A DNA stretch of 64,000 nt, from assembly GCA_965637545.1 (NCBI GenBank), contig OZ281496.1, positions 13,082,001 to 13,146,000 of the forward strand, written 5' to 3'. The notes beneath the pieces are model-generated. The model was not told where the DNA came from and made no database searches. It saw only the letters and a program-made list of their open reading frames with translations. This document shows positions 37,146 through 50,846 of this stretch, piece by piece. Source of the stretch: Phallusia mammillata (Eukaryota). Position 1 is the first letter of the stretch. Each line of letters starts with the position of its first letter. The position numbers were made by a program, and so were the translations under genes.

Positions 37146-38439
37146 ATCTAATGTAACGACACAGCGCACGTTAAGAGAATTTTGACGGTTTTGTTTAGAC
37201 TAATTATTTGTTACACGACCGATTTATGTAATGGGCACTCACTAGCTTGCCTTGATCATAACTACCGAAAACGCAAACGGTTTAACTTCTGGGTGAAACG
37301 CGGTACCTTTGCGTATTCTGTCTGTATATAAATAGTACAAATAGTCATGAGAAACTACTTGCAATTCTCCTGGCGAAATGGAGTTGTTATGTAGCTCGTT
37401 CAAGGCACCTTTCATAGTCCAAAATAACATGTTCACCTAAAAATGTGGTTGAAGGAGACTGGTATGCATTGGTCTCCCTCAACATTTGGAAATGAGAGAG
37501 AAAAATGTATGTTTTATAAAATATATCACAGATACAACGTAGCTTTGTTTTTTGTTAGTCGTCGATTTTGCCAGCAAATTTGTCCCCAATGTAGGTTTGA
37601 GGGGCATGCAATGCTATAGGCAAACCATGTATGTGTGTCATTTCTACTTTTAGTGCTCGGGAAAACTACGGGGATAGGGAGAGGTCGTTTTAATAATTTG
37701 GAAAAAAACTGGTGGAACTGATCGACTGTGAAGAAATAATACTTACGACACAAATGAGACAAAAAAAAACATTTTTATGCGCATTTCGAAACAGATTTTA
37801 TTGGCTTTCGTTTTTAGAAGGGCAATCGTTTTTTAACCTGTATTTGAGTAGTGTGACGTCATTACGCTTTTAACATTTGCTATGAAATGACGACATCAAA
37901 TTGTACAAGTTAAAAATCTCCAACATTTGCAATTGCGACCCTGCTTTCACCTCGCTCAAAAAGCATAACTACAAACAAAAAACTTCCACAACCTTTGGTC
38001 ACATGGTCATTAATTGGACGTCAGAAAATTATTGTTGTGTTACTAGCAAGCTGGACGACACGGCAGGCATGCGACCACGCGTACATCTGACCAATCCGCA
38101 AGTGACGTATGTTGTAATGTCCAAATCCGGCAGTACCAGGTTCGTACTTGTTTACACATTACAGCAGGATACTTTTTCTTTCGTTAGTTTTTTGCTAACT
38201 AACAACAATCAAGCCCAACCACGCAGCAAAGGTTAACACAACTCTATACACAGTTCCAAGGCAAGCAAACATACACACAATAATTTTGTCTTGTATAATT
38301 ATTATTCAAAAATTCTTTTGTACAAAAATTGGATTCAACGCATTAATTGCAGCCGCCTGATCAAAACAATACGAATTGTTAGTGACGCTCAAAATTGCGA
38401 GCGGCCACGGGCGGTAGGTCGCCCAGCCTTGAATAAGAG

Positions 38440-38742
38440 CAGTGGTTCTCAACCAGGGCCCATGGCCCCCGAGGGGGGCACGGGTGTAGATTCACCAGAA
38501 ACACCCATTAAAAGCCATTTTCTTTTAACTTTATTTCCTAATTTAATCGACTATTTCACATAATATTTGTCTATATTGAGGTTCATCATGATTACGGATT
38601 CTTGTTTTCTCTATTCGCCTGTTTAAAGCCGAAATTATTACCGAATTCCAACACGAGATTGCCATTTACATATTTTAAGGGGGCCACGAGGTCAAAAAGT
38701 TACTTTAGGGGTCCACGGTCCACGAAAGGTTGAGAACCACTG
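38440..38742. mobile_element. hAT MITE
   Basis: CAGTGGTTCTCAACC / GGTTGAGAACCACTG; TSD AATAAGAG. Confidence 0.92.
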
Positions 38743-38959
38743 AATAAGAGGAACATTAAAGTTTCCCCCTCTTTTGTCGTAACGCTCCGAGATCGAAAAG
38801 AAAAGTCATAGCATTGGCGAATATTGAAAATTATTGAGAGTAAAACAAAAATAACCTACACTAACACATTATATTTTTGTTCCTAAATCCACAATGGTAC
38901 ATTAAAATACTATTAATAAATTTTTTTTATAAAAAACGCAAGCAATATTTAATTCATTA

Positions 38960-40128
38960 TTTCGCGGCAGTTTCTTCCACACTTGAACTTCTGAAACGAA
39001 TAGCTGAGGTACGCGGGATCGCACTTGCACCACAAACGGGATTTCCACACTCGCTACTAATTTTATTTGGCAGGACAGAACATCTTTTATAGTTTGTGAA
39101 GCTTAAACCGGATGGCCGTCCTTGTTTACATATCCACCCAGCCAGTTCTCCTGAATTTGTTGTCAAAAGCGTAATTGAGTAATGTTAAAAATGTATGATT
39201 TCGTACATTGTCCGATGGATGACCATAGTAATACAACTTTGTTAGGTATTCGATTCTGCAAATTAGTGTTTGTCTTTGTATGACTTTGTGTGACTTATAT
39301 CTCTTTTACCAAATAAAAAAGTTAAATAAAAAGCTCTGGTGTGTAATAGGAATTTTATTATAAATGAACGCTGGTTTGCAAGTTTGTGATATTCCAAGAT
39401 GCTATGTCGCAATGGCTGTGCATAGCTCTTTTATTCATCACATGCAAGAGTTCAGAACATTACCTTTGGTGTGTAGTCTTCTGAAAAACAGTGGGAACAA
39501 TCGCACATATGCCGTAATCATCCAAGAGACTAGGAACCGTCTTTAATACTTGTAGCGGGTTTATGAGGCGATCAAGTACGTTGCTTATCACCACACAACC
39601 GAAGGTTCCAATGTCGGGAGGCAAGTTTTGAGCATCTCCCACTGAAAAAATGCACCTGCTCCGATCCTAATTTTATTAGAAACATACGTGTTTTACTTAA
39701 ATCTGTGTTCACAAAAATACACACCTAATAAGATTGCTTGTTTTTGTACTAAAAGACAGAAGCCGGTCCTTTCAATTTGTAAAAAAAGTCAATAAAACCA
39801 ACAGCGGTTTGTACATGAATGGTTTGAGAACATTCTCAGATATTTGAGCCGAGATTTTACATTTTTACACTCAATTAGTTGAAAATCCCCGTAGATTTGC
39901 AAGAATACTTACAATTGAGTCCGGTATCTCGGCCTTCATTTTCGTTTGCAGTTCGCCCTCTTCACACGAGTAAATTGTCGCTTTCCCGTTTTGCTTCAGC
40001 TTTTCACAAAACTCTATTAAAGCTTTGGAACAGTCGAGGCCGATAACGTTTTCAACTTTTGCTGACAAGTGGAATGTCACACCACCAACACAACATCCAA
40101 GATCCAGAGCTCTCATGTTCATGCACGC
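38960..40128 (-). pseudogene. SAM-dependent methyltransferase resembling the OvoA C-terminal (mercaptohistidine N-methyltransferase-like) domain, 3 exons
   Basis: Exons 39913-40128 (RALDLGCCVG..EEGEL..IPDSI), 39464-39666 (DRSRCIFSVGDAQNLPPDIGTFGCVVISNVLDRL..DYTPK) and from 39150 (ENWLGGY..IPFVV..VWKK), GT-AG; one 1-bp frameshift near 39500 and one TAA near 39105. Confidence 0.8.
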
Positions 40129-43100
40129 CTAAGTAAAAGTAAAGACAAAACATAAGCTGAGAAAATAACCAAATTTATTTAACTTTGGACTCACCTCCCC
40201 CTAAAATTAATTTTGCAAGTGTAGTGTATTGTTTGCGAGCACCACGTTTTCAAAAAAGAAACGAATATTATGACCTTATGGCGTAACACAAATTTTGAAT
40301 AATGATATACAAGGCAAGGTTTTTGGCTTGTCAGTTTAGAACAGGGTTCACCAATTTTTTTTAGTGCGGGCCGGATAATTTTAATAATCACGCTCGAGAG
40401 CCGCATGGGTTACAAGCCCTGACGCAGCCTTTCCCAAACTGGCATTTGCGAGGCGATTTTGACCAGACCACAAAGGGTCTTCATGTCTTCCTACGATCTT
40501 ATTTGTATTTAGATTGTACCACTGTTTAATTTTAAAATTATAAAAAAATGTTTATTCTACCACAAAGAACTAAAAAGGCAATTGTTCGCACACAATTACT
40601 ATTCTTTGCTTTTGTCTGTGTCGTAACAAACTGCTTTTGGATGATACTTAAGCCTTGTAATCCTGTTAGACAAGGTAAAATTATTACTGAAATGTATTAT
40701 GAATGTTTGCACATTTAACGCCCCTGGGTCATAATTAGGTGATCCCTGGTTTACAACATAGGCAACGGAGACTTCTTGTAGTTCCATTGCTGCATGTGTT
40801 TGAAAAAACTGTCATTTTTTGCCTGTTTCAGGGGGGCGTGAAGTGCCCGACAAACACCTTAGGGCAGGGGTGGCCAAACTTTTTTACCAGAGGGCCAAAT
40901 TTGCAACTGTCTAGTCACTGGAGGGCCGGATGAAATTAGACTTGCGTAAAATTTGTAGTAACTGGTTGCCATCTTTATTAAAATATATATTATTGTAGTA
41001 GAATAACAATAAATAACACCATCTTGTTTACACTTGTATTTAATAAAAGGTTTATATATTATATCAATGGGATAAATGCAACTGTCCACAATTTTGAACA
41101 AGCCTTTTAGTCTGGAGTAAAACTCGTTGTCGAAACTTTCATAATTGCTTGTAAATTTGCATCTGACAAAACTGATCTGTTTTTTGACTTTGTTTGATTT
41201 AAGCATGAAAAAGTCTGTTCACAAATATAAGTTGATCCAAATATACACAGTATCCTAGCAGCAAAACCTCGTAAATCGATGAACTTTTCAGCAAGCAAAT
41301 ATTTGAAAAATTCTACCAAAGGCATGCCTAAACTTCATTTTCAACTCATTATTAGCTTGTAGATCTATTAGTTCCAGCTGAAGAACGTCAGGGGCTGTCT
41401 CAATGTCTGTACTAAAGGGTGAAACAAGTATATTAAATGATGAATCCATTACTCTTAAGTCTGAAAATCTTCTTTGGAATTATTGTTTCAAGATGCAGAG
41501 TTGATTGCTGTATTTTTCAGCAAGTTTCATATCTACTGTTGCCTTCCTTAGCAAAGAAAAATGAATAAAATTACATTCTGATATCTGTTTGACAAAAAGT
41601 GAGAGCTTTGCCTCAAAAGCTTTTACTTTGGTGTACATATCATGCACAAATAAGCCTTTTCCTTGCAATTCCAAGTTTAGAGAATTGAGCTTTTCAAACA
41701 TTTCAGTGGCAAACATAAAATCACAAAGCCAGTAATCATTTTTCATCTTCTCTATGAAATCACATTTGATTTGTTTGATATCAAGGAAATAGAGAATTTC
41801 GTCTCTTAGTTCAAAGACTCTTCTTAGAACTTTCCCATGACTAAGCCACCGAACACTGTTGTGATATAGCACATCTTTATATTCAGTCTCAATATCATCC
41901 AGTAATGTCTTGAATTGTCTGTGTGATAATGGCCTGGATCTGAGTAGATTAACTACTTCAACTACAGGACGTATTACATGATTAAAATCCAGAGCTGACT
42001 TGCATAAACTTTCTTGGTCAATGATACAATGAAATTTCCATATTTCATGCTGAGGACAGTTTTCTTTAATCTTTTTTTGTAGGAGGCTAATCATACCTTT
42101 GTTTTTTCCAGTTAGAGCAGGTGCACCGTCAGTAGTGATACTCGCCAATTTATTCCACGGCAGGCCAGCCTCCTCCACACACTTTATTACACATTTACAC
42201 AGGTCTTCCCCCCTGGTTGTGCCTTTTAAAGGTTCAACTGATAACAACTCCTCTGAAATTGTAAAATCTGACTTGATACCACGTATAAATATCATAAGTT
42301 GTGCAATGTCCTGAACATCATTGCTTTCATCCAGAGCTAAAGAAAACCACAAATCAGTGCAAGCAGGAGACGGGGCTGTAACAATTTAGTGACAGGGTGT
42401 CACTCGCTGCCTGTCACTGACAGACTGTCCCAGAATTGTGACAGGGTGTCCCTGATTTTGTGACAGGTGTCCCTGATTTTGTGACAGGTGTCCCTGATTT
42501 GTGACAGGGTGTCCCTGATTTGTGACATTGGCTGACGCTCTGTCACATACAGTGACTGTGTGATACGGATTTACTTTTCGTGTCTAGTTAGCATTACCTA
42601 CTTGGTTTTGTGGAAGTGCAAAGACATGTAGTTTTTTACTGTTATTTAGTTTCAACCCAATCTAATGACTCGTTATAAAACAATGTTGCTAACAGCGAGA
42701 AAAAAAACGAAAAGGTCCTGAAAAGAGGTTTTATTATTCAACGAAGTAACTCCATGAAACACAAAAAGGCAAATAAGTTTTACATGCAGACAGGACACTG
42801 CCAATATTTCAGTGCCTTGAGCCTCAAAGAGTCAATTCCAACACAATGGCAATGATACCATCGCCAACAACTGTCACATCCAATCTATTGACACACAGAA
42901 TGTTTTATGTAAATAACAAAGTATTTTGACAAGCACAGTAGACATGAGGAAAATGGGTGGCAATGACAAATATCATTTAAGATCACATTATATACAGTGT
43001 ATTTACAAACATCAGTAGAAAATGGATTTGACTTCAAAAAAATTTAATCTGCAGTTGTTTTATGCAAAAATTTCAGGTCAATTAGATTAAAGCAATGAAA

Positions 43101-43299
43101 AAGTACACACCCAATTTCCATCTGCGGTGCTTCCACATTGAGCACATAGATCCACAATGTTCTCTAAAAACAAAACAAAAATACAGTGCCAGCTATAACC
43201 AACAAAATTATAGCCAATGCTTAAGTTAAATAAAAAAAGAACAATTTAATAACAAAAAGTGGGAAGTGTTAATTTTCAAATGAACCTACCTGATTCATT

Positions 43300-44370
43300 T
43301 AGTATTTGCTGTCCAATTTTATTTCTGAGATTAACCATAGCCCTTGGGGAACTAGGAAACATTACTTTTTTGGGAATATTTTTCCCGCAGCTGTTCATCA
43401 AACATTCAGCAATCTAAATGCAATAAAATTTCAATTGTGGCTTTCAAACATGCATTAAGTTTTTACCTTTAATACAAACACTCCACAGTTGTGTGCATCA
43501 GTTTGCACTGGATGGTTTAGGCTTTTGTATGCTTTTATTTCAAGATCCTTGTCATCATCATTAGAATGAAGTGACAAATATGTTCTAAGAATAAAATATA
43601 TGATCTAACATTAATGCAAATGGCTTGATAAGTAAAATTTTAGAATCCACTTACTTGAATTTTGGTATTGCATCAGATCCTTTACTTGTGTTCGGAGTAT
43701 ATGGATCAATTTTGTACAGAGTCTGAGTTTTCCAATGAACAAACTACAACACAAGTAATATATTAAAATTGTAAGCAGTATTTATATATTTATAATAACA
43801 TACTGGTTATAAATATAATAACTTGGAGCATTGGACATTTAATTTCAAGCTTATGACAAAATGTACACATACGACTTTTTACTCTTTACCAGTAGGTTCC
43901 AGTGATTTCCGTGTAGGTTGTATGCTCCCATAATTCCATCATACTTTGAAAATGTTACCTGAAACATTACCATTTTCTTAATTTGTGTACACAATTAAAA
44001 TATAACTGAACAAATATAGTGAGATTACATTATTTAGTGTATGTCGACTTGCCACTTTAAAGTTGTTGTCCAAAATACAGTTTACAATAAAGGAGTCCAA
44101 AACAAAAAAAAACATTTTTTGCACACAAGTTGAGTGCATAGTTCATCACCTGCAAGAAATGAACACACACAATTGTAAACATTTGGTTTCTAATACTAAC
44201 AAACCATTCTGGTGTTGCATCAAGATGGTGCAATTATATATACATGCAGCATAAGTGTGAAACTGTTGAAACCACTGAACATTAATCACATATTACCTTA
44301 AATTGTAAGTACTTACTTCTCCATCAAGCCAATTTGTCTCAGCTAAGGTGCAAAACGATGAGTGTCGCAA
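43300..44370 (-). pseudogene. Ulp1/SENP-like (C48) protease exons of the Zisupton-like element
   Basis: FCTLAETNWLDGEV (44317-44365), HWKTQTLYKIDP (~43700-43745), QTDAHNCGVFVLK (43467-43510), each next to GT/AG sites. Confidence 0.7.
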
Positions 44371-44558
44371 AATGGACACACCCTTATTGCACAATGCAAC
44401 AATCATATTGTGTTTTTTCTCTTCCCACACCTTCTTTGCAACAAAAACCAAGGAGGGAGTGGGACAATGTTTGCCTTTAGTATGTGACACACTGGTTGTT
44501 TTTGGTGCAATATTGTTTTTCTTTGTGTCTGCATTGCCCAAATAAACATCTTGGACTG

Positions 44559-45200
44559 TTATTGGATCTTGGTTCTTATTTGGAACTTTATCATTTTAAG
44601 GTTCTCAACTGTGCTTGCATCTTTTATTTCACTGGAAACCTCCTCATTTTTTTCACTTGGAAAATCCTCACTTTGCATTTCAAAGGTCTCAACTGTGCTT
44701 GCATCTTTTATTTTACTGAGAACCTCCTCATTTTTTTCACTTGAAACATCCTCATTTTGCATTTCAAAGGTCTCAACTGTGCTTGCATCTTTTATTTTAC
44801 TGAGAACCTCCTCATTTTTTTCACTTGAAACATCCTCATTTTGCATTACAAAGGTCTCAACTGTGTTTGCATCTTTTATTTCACTGGGAACCTCATCAGT
44901 TATTGTGCCAATATCCTCATTATTAATTTGAAGGTTCTCAACAGTGCTTGCATCTTTTATTTCACTGGAAACCTCATTTTTTTCACTTGGAACATCCTCA
45001 TTTTGCATTTCAACTGTGCTTGCATCTTTCATATCACTTGGGACATCCTCAATTTTTGTGCCAATATCCTCATTACTAATTTGAAGGTTCTCAACTGTGC
45101 CTGAATCTTCTATTTCACTGTTTTCACTTGGAACATCCTCGTTTATTTCACCAGTTTCGTCATTACTTACTTTAAAGCCTTTTTGTTCGTTTGCATCATC
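44559..45200 (-). repeat. Coding acidic tandem repeat (about 84 bp / 28 aa) within the Zisupton-like gene
   Basis: IKDASTVETFEMQNEDVSSEKNEEVLS repeats in ORF 44559-45032. Confidence 0.8.
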
Positions 45201-46940
45201 TGCAACCTATTATGTTAAAAAATTTTTGTACAAGTGTATGTTCAATTCCAGACAAAATGATGACAATATTAATGTTATCTTTGAGTTATTTAAGTAGCAA
45301 ATTGTTAATGTTAAAATTGTACAGCCAGGATGCTAATTAATATTTCATTAAAGGTAATCAAGTTTTAAACCATTTTTCTCCAAAACAATGCTGTATGCTG
45401 TGCCCAATTAGAAATGTACAAACAAGCATATACACATGTGTGACCTGCAACCCACCTCTTGAAATTGTGATGCTGGTGTTGTTAAGATTTTTCTTTTTTT
45501 TGTCGGAACATTCAAGACTGTTGTTTTGGGAAAGATTCGCCTGTCTACAAATAAAAAAGGTATATTATGGTATAGAATAGGACATTTTTCTGCCTGACAG
45601 TTATCATCACAAATTACTACATTGACCAAATGCATTTTTCTCTTGCCCACTTTGCTAAGACTTAAAGCTAGTGCGATTTTTACAGTAGTTCTTTTTTTAT
45701 TACAGCTCATTGTGTAGTATAGGAGTTTTTTATTATAATAAACCTTTATTTCAAAGCTACACGTACCCTTCAGGAGAGACACAATAGCACCATCAGTTGC
45801 ATGTGCTAGATCTCCGAATTGGCGTTTTAATTTGTTGAAATACTTTTGGTTGTCACCTTTGTTTCTCAAGTGGATTGAAAAACGACTCAGAAATAAAAAA
45901 ATTACAAAATCCATGCCGCAAAAGGAATATCTGAGCAAAATGGAAAATGTTACCATATTGAAAAAACAAGCACAAAGTATATGTTAACCTGTCTGCGGCC
46001 ATGTCTGCGTTTCTTTGCTCACAGACACTTGTGTTAATCATGAGGTCAGTGTTTCCAATATCCCTAAAACTCTTAAAAAGCCTTTGGAAAATATTCTTTG
46101 AATATTACCAGCTCTGTGAGATTATTGATCATATCATCAGCACTGCCACTGCTACCAACGCCAAACATGTTGCAAAGATTTTTCAGGGCCTTGGCTGATG
46201 TCTGAAGAATTTATGTATGAAACATGAAGTGTGTAATTCTCAGTTTAGTTTTTTTCTTACCTGGTCTGCATTGAAAAGGGCATCCAAAATGTCGTCATGA
46301 GAAATTTTTTCCTGTTTTTCCTCAATTTCTGTTTTACCCGGTTTGGAACAGTTTAACGCTGCACCTTTCCTGTGCTCAGTGTTTGGAACCACCCTTGCTT
46401 TTCTAGAAGATGCACCGATCCATGGAGCAACTCATTCATAGGAGATTTTTACTTTCCAGGGATTTTTTGTTGGTCCTAAAATATTTTAGTACGAAATCCT
46501 TTTTTGCAGGAAATTGCATAAAAAATAGTGTTTAACTCACCGAAAAATCCTCTGCCAATGATTTCCTTTGCATAACTCTCCCATGCATTTTCTATGTCAA
46601 TTTCATCATTGGGCAATGGTTGAACTTTTTTCACACATTCAACTGCCAAGTACAGTACAACAAATTATTATTCAACAAAAAACAGTTTAGATTTAGGAAG
46701 GTTTTTATTAATAAGCAAAATGTATTTTTTATTGCCCCTCTCTCAAACCTTTAATGACAAATAAGCATATTGCCTAAACCAAGATTTTGGGTATGCCCGA
46801 TTATTAAACAACCGAATAAAAAAAATCTATCATGCTTTACAAAAAAATTCATACCAGGTCGGAGGCAAGTATTTTTCCAGTTTCCATCGGCTATAAGAAT
46901 ACCTGGATGTGAGCCACACTTAATGCATTGGAACCCATAA

Positions 46941-49900
46941 CATCATAGCCATCCGGAGTGACAAAGACTTGGTAAGGCATAAGATTTATTTACAATAGTT
47001 GCAGTTTAATCTACAAAATTCCTTAATCCTTTTCTCACATGAAATGTAACAAATGCACAAGTGATCTCAACAGCAACAACCCATACTTTTGTACCCGATG
47101 CCTATTGTCCAATTTACCCTTCAGCAATATCAGTAACTTAGAGCTAGTAAATGTAATTTCACCCAATAAAACTACACATCCACCCTGTTTACTAGCAAAC
47201 ATTAGTCACAGCCATTCAGACTACTATGATTGTGCATCCTTGAACTGTACTCTGAAGCAACATAGCAACAAAGATATGTATATATTGCACACAAATATTC
47301 GAAGCCTAAGAAAAAATAAACCTGCCTTAGAACTATTCCTGTCTGATATGGTCAGATCCCCTGACATTGTTATGATAACTGAGACTAGAATAACCCTTAA
47401 TGGCATAAGCACTGATGCTGATATTATGGGATATAACTTTCATCACACTGATACTCCCCATAGTGCCGGAAGAGTTGGAGTATATATAAAATCACATGTT
47501 GCATATAGTATAAGACCAGACTTGGAAATTACTGTCCCAGATACTGAAAGTCTTTGGGTCCAACTTAAATTGAAAAACAAAAATGTTATTTTGGGAGTAA
47601 TATACAGACATCCAAAGCATTCATTTGAAGTGTTCCAGGATGCACTATCATCTACATTGCATAAACTAAATGATGCCAACCAAACTGTTTATTTATGTGG
47701 TGATTTCAACATAGACCTCATGCAGCACAAGGAAGCAAAAGGCATTCAAAACTTTTTAGATTCTATGGAAATTTATGGTCTATCATCATTAATATGTCAA
47801 CCCACACGTATAACAAACCATAGCCAAACACTCCTTGACCATTTTTATACCAACAATCAAAATATTACCTGCAAATCAGGAATACTGACTGTAGACATTT
47901 CAGACCATCTTCCTGTCTTTGTGTTATTGCATTCAACTTGTGGTGATAGAACAGAAAAACTCTTAAGCAGAAATGAGACCTCATTTTGCAGTGAAGATTT
48001 TATTTCAGACATTAAAGATGCTGTTAGCAACATACCACTACCAAGTGAAACCATATTGCATAAATTCACTTCATTTAATCATTTATTCCACGAAATACTG
48101 GAACGACATGCACCATTAACCACAATGACTAGAAGAAGAAGGAAATTGGCCAAAAAACCTTGGATAAGCAAGGGAATTTATAAGTCAATCAAAATAAAAA
48201 ATAAAATGTACCATGCATTATGTAAGTCAGGCTTCTCAAGTACAAGTAAATACAACCAATATAAACAGTACCGTAACAAGCTTAATCACATTTTACGAGA
48301 TGCTAAGCACAGGTATATTGAAAAAGAACTAACAGATCATAGAAATGATATTGGTGAAATGTGGAAAATCATCAATAGTTTGTTGTCCCGAAAACAAACT
48401 CTACACAAAGCTCCAACTGAACTAAAACTAGATGGCACTGCACATTGCACTACTGACCCAATCACTGTGGCCAGCAAATTTAACCAGTTCTTTGCCAACA
48501 TAGGAGCAAATATGGCATCATCCATTCCACAGCCAGTAATGCCACCACCCGATATTTCCCTCACAACAAAGCCATCATCCTTCTTCTTCTATGACACTAC
48601 CCCAGATGAGGTGGAAATGTATATATCCACTCTTGACAGTTGCAAGTCTGTGCCCAGTCATGAAATTCCTATCAAATACATCAAAATGGTCAAAAGCATT
48701 ATTTCACCTTTGCTTTCAGAGACTTTTAACTGGTGTATACAGCATGGGGAATATCCCACTGAACTTAAAATTGCGGAAGTAATACCAATTCATAAAACAG
48801 GTTCACAAGTTGAATGCACTAACTACAGACCAATTTCATTACTGTCCCCTTTCGCTAAGATTTTTGAAAAAATTATATATCAACGTCTGTACAACTACGT
48901 TGAAAAAAATGGAATGTTAACAACTCACCAGTATGGTTTTCGATGCAATCGGTCCACATCCCTGACAATTTATGACATACATGAAAGAGTGTTAGCCGCC
49001 CTTGACCAGAAGAAATATACATGTGCTATTTTCCTAGACTTATCAAAAGCGTTTGACACAGTCGATCACAGGGTTTTGTTGTGGAAGTTGGAGCATCAGT
49101 ATGGAATACGGGGAAGCCCCTTAGAACTGTTCCGTAGCTATTTAAGTCACCGCAAACAATGCACACGCATAGAAAACGTAACATCAAAACTGCTAAACGT
49201 TACCTGTGGCTGCCCTCAAGGTTCGTCACTGGCTCCTTTATTCTTTTCGCTTTACATAAACGATTTACCAACGGCATCTAAATTCACAACGAAACTCTTT
49301 GCGGATGACACGTGTTTAAGCATGTCATCAGAGTCTCTGACTGATCTACAGGCCAACGTAAACAAGGAACTCGTTTATGTTGACAACTGGATGCGCCACA
49401 ACAAACTATCTCTTAATACGAGTAAAACAACGTATTTACTGTTTTGTCCTTCCAAGCGCTTAAACACGCAGCAGTTTTCGATTTCCATAGGATCTCAGCA
49501 AATACAGCGATCAACAGAAACAAAATACCTGGGAGTTTATATCGACGATCAGTTAAAATGGGAGAAACACATAGCTCATGTGGAACGAAAACTAGCACAA
49601 GCCTGCGGTATCATGTACAAGCTGCGTGACTACTTTGGACAACAGTTTCTCCGTATTATTTATTACTCTTTTGCGTACCCCTATCTGCAATATGCGATCG
49701 CGGCGTGGGGTAGCGGATACGCTGCATCAATTAAAACCCTTAACATCAAACATAACAAAATTTTGCGAGCTATTACTCGCAGCCCTTACCGATGTCGCGC
49801 TACTCCACTATATCATGATTTGCGTCTTCTAAAATTTAAAGACATTTACAAACTTGAGGTAGCCAAACTGCTGCATTCGTTTCATACTGGTGCACTACCT

Positions 49901-50846
49901 TCCACATACAACTCCCTTTTCACACCTATTACGTCAGTACACCATTACAACACCCGAAGGGCTGAAAACCAGAACTACTTTCATCCACGCGTAAACACCG
50001 CGTTCGGCACAAGATCAATTTGTCATCGAGGTCCAAAAGTATGGGAAGACTTACCACGCGATATTAAGTCTCTGTCACGCTTGTCCTCTTTTAAGAAACA
50101 GCTTCGCTTGTATTTATTAAGGCAATATCACCCCTCAACAATTATTTCACTTTCCTGTCCTCGCCTATACCAGAATTCATATAATACAGCTTGTTCTCCT
50201 ACGTCATAACTACCACAGTTTTCACTTTTTTTCTTTCGTGTTTTTTTTGTGTGTGTTTCAGTTTTATCTTAGTGTGATTTTACTTTTTGACTTTTTATTC
50301 CATACTATTACATCATTAAACTGGATAACTTGGTCACATAAAAAGAACAAAATACTGCCGTAGGATTCGTTTTTTTCAGATCAGCCATCCGGGTCGAAGA
50401 CAGTGCAGCACCTTCCCCAGCGAACAACATCAGAGATCTCGAGATCGATCTTACAAAAGCAGAGGAGGAGATGCTCGACGACAACAGTTTCATCGTCGCA
50501 ACGAACTGTCCTCGGGACACCCGGGTCTGCCTACGGGATCACAGGAAACGTTCCGAGGAACCGAGCTGGTGTTTCCGTTTAGGCGGGTTTCATTTGGCCA
50601 GCAGAACCTGCGGGTTCAAACACCGTCTTATGCAACCGGACGTACCCCGCCAGGTTCGTGCGGTCGGTTGCGATCCTACGGCAGGACATACCCAAAACGG
50701 AATTCAACCACAATTCAAATAACAGGACACTTGACTCGATAACCTACGGTTTTTTCGGTGTCCTTGCTGTTTACGTATCCGTTCAACAATGGAACTGTAA
50801 TGATGAAGTGACTATGCAAATAAAATTTGACTTGAATTTGACTTGA
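46941..50846 (+). mobile_element. Non-LTR retrotransposon (CR1/L2/Crack group), probably 5'-truncated
   Basis: TSD (A)CCCATAA at 46933-46940 and 50846-50853; 3' end AATAAAATTTGACTTGAATTTGACTTGA; inserted antisense in a Zisupton exon. Confidence 0.9.
47039..50209 (+). CDS. LINE ORF2: APE endonuclease plus reverse transcriptase, 1056 aa, uninterrupted
   Basis: HTNIRSL, ITET, GDFNID, LLDHFY, SDHLP (EN); NYRPISLL, QYGFR, FLDLSKAFDTVDH, CPQGSSLAPLFF, FADD, KYLGV (RT); Cys-rich N-terminus. Confidence 0.96.
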   Translation: MKCNKCTSDLNSNNPYFCTRCLLSNLPFSNISNLELVNVISPNKTTHPPCLLANISHSHSDYYDCASLNCTLKQHSNKDMYILHTNIRSLRKNKPALELFLSDMVRSPDIVMITETRITLNGISTDADIMGYNFHHTDTPHSAGRVGVYIKSHVAYSIRPDLEITVPDTESLWVQLKLKNKNVILGVIYRHPKHSFEVFQDALSSTLHKLNDANQTVYLCGDFNIDLMQHKEAKGIQNFLDSMEIYGLSSLICQPTRITNHSQTLLDHFYTNNQNITCKSGILTVDISDHLPVFVLLHSTCGDRTEKLLSRNETSFCSEDFISDIKDAVSNIPLPSETILHKFTSFNHLFHEILERHAPLTTMTRRRRKLAKKPWISKGIYKSIKIKNKMYHALCKSGFSSTSKYNQYKQYRNKLNHILRDAKHRYIEKELTDHRNDIGEMWKIINSLLSRKQTLHKAPTELKLDGTAHCTTDPITVASKFNQFFANIGANMASSIPQPVMPPPDISLTTKPSSFFFYDTTPDEVEMYISTLDSCKSVPSHEIPIKYIKMVKSIISPLLSETFNWCIQHGEYPTELKIAEVIPIHKTGSQVECTNYRPISLLSPFAKIFEKIIYQRLYNYVEKNGMLTTHQYGFRCNRSTSLTIYDIHERVLAALDQKKYTCAIFLDLSKAFDTVDHRVLLWKLEHQYGIRGSPLELFRSYLSHRKQCTRIENVTSKLLNVTCGCPQGSSLAPLFFSLYINDLPTASKFTTKLFADDTCLSMSSESLTDLQANVNKELVYVDNWMRHNKLSLNTSKTTYLLFCPSKRLNTQQFSISIGSQQIQRSTETKYLGVYIDDQLKWEKHIAHVERKLAQACGIMYKLRDYFGQQFLRIIYYSFAYPYLQYAIAAWGSGYAASIKTLNIKHNKILRAITRSPYRCRATPLYHDLRLLKFKDIYKLEVAKLLHSFHTGALPSTYNSLFTPITSVHHYNTRRAENQNYFHPRVNTAFGTRSICHRGPKVWEDLPRDIKSLSRLSSFKKQLRLYLLRQYHPSTIISLSCPRLYQNSYNTACSPTS

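Noticed and set aside
37240-37760. Exon-like minus-strand segments with an acceptor near 37440
   Set aside because: No recognisable domain and stops in the plausible frames; not enough support.
38960-40128. Full-length ovoA gene call
   Set aside because: Only the methyltransferase-like domain is visible; the sulfoxide-synthase domains are absent from the window and the frame has two lesions.
50308-50846. Short ORFs in the LINE 3' region as a second protein, or an HDV-like ribozyme
   Set aside because: No domain similarity, and I could not build a convincing nested double pseudoknot by eye.
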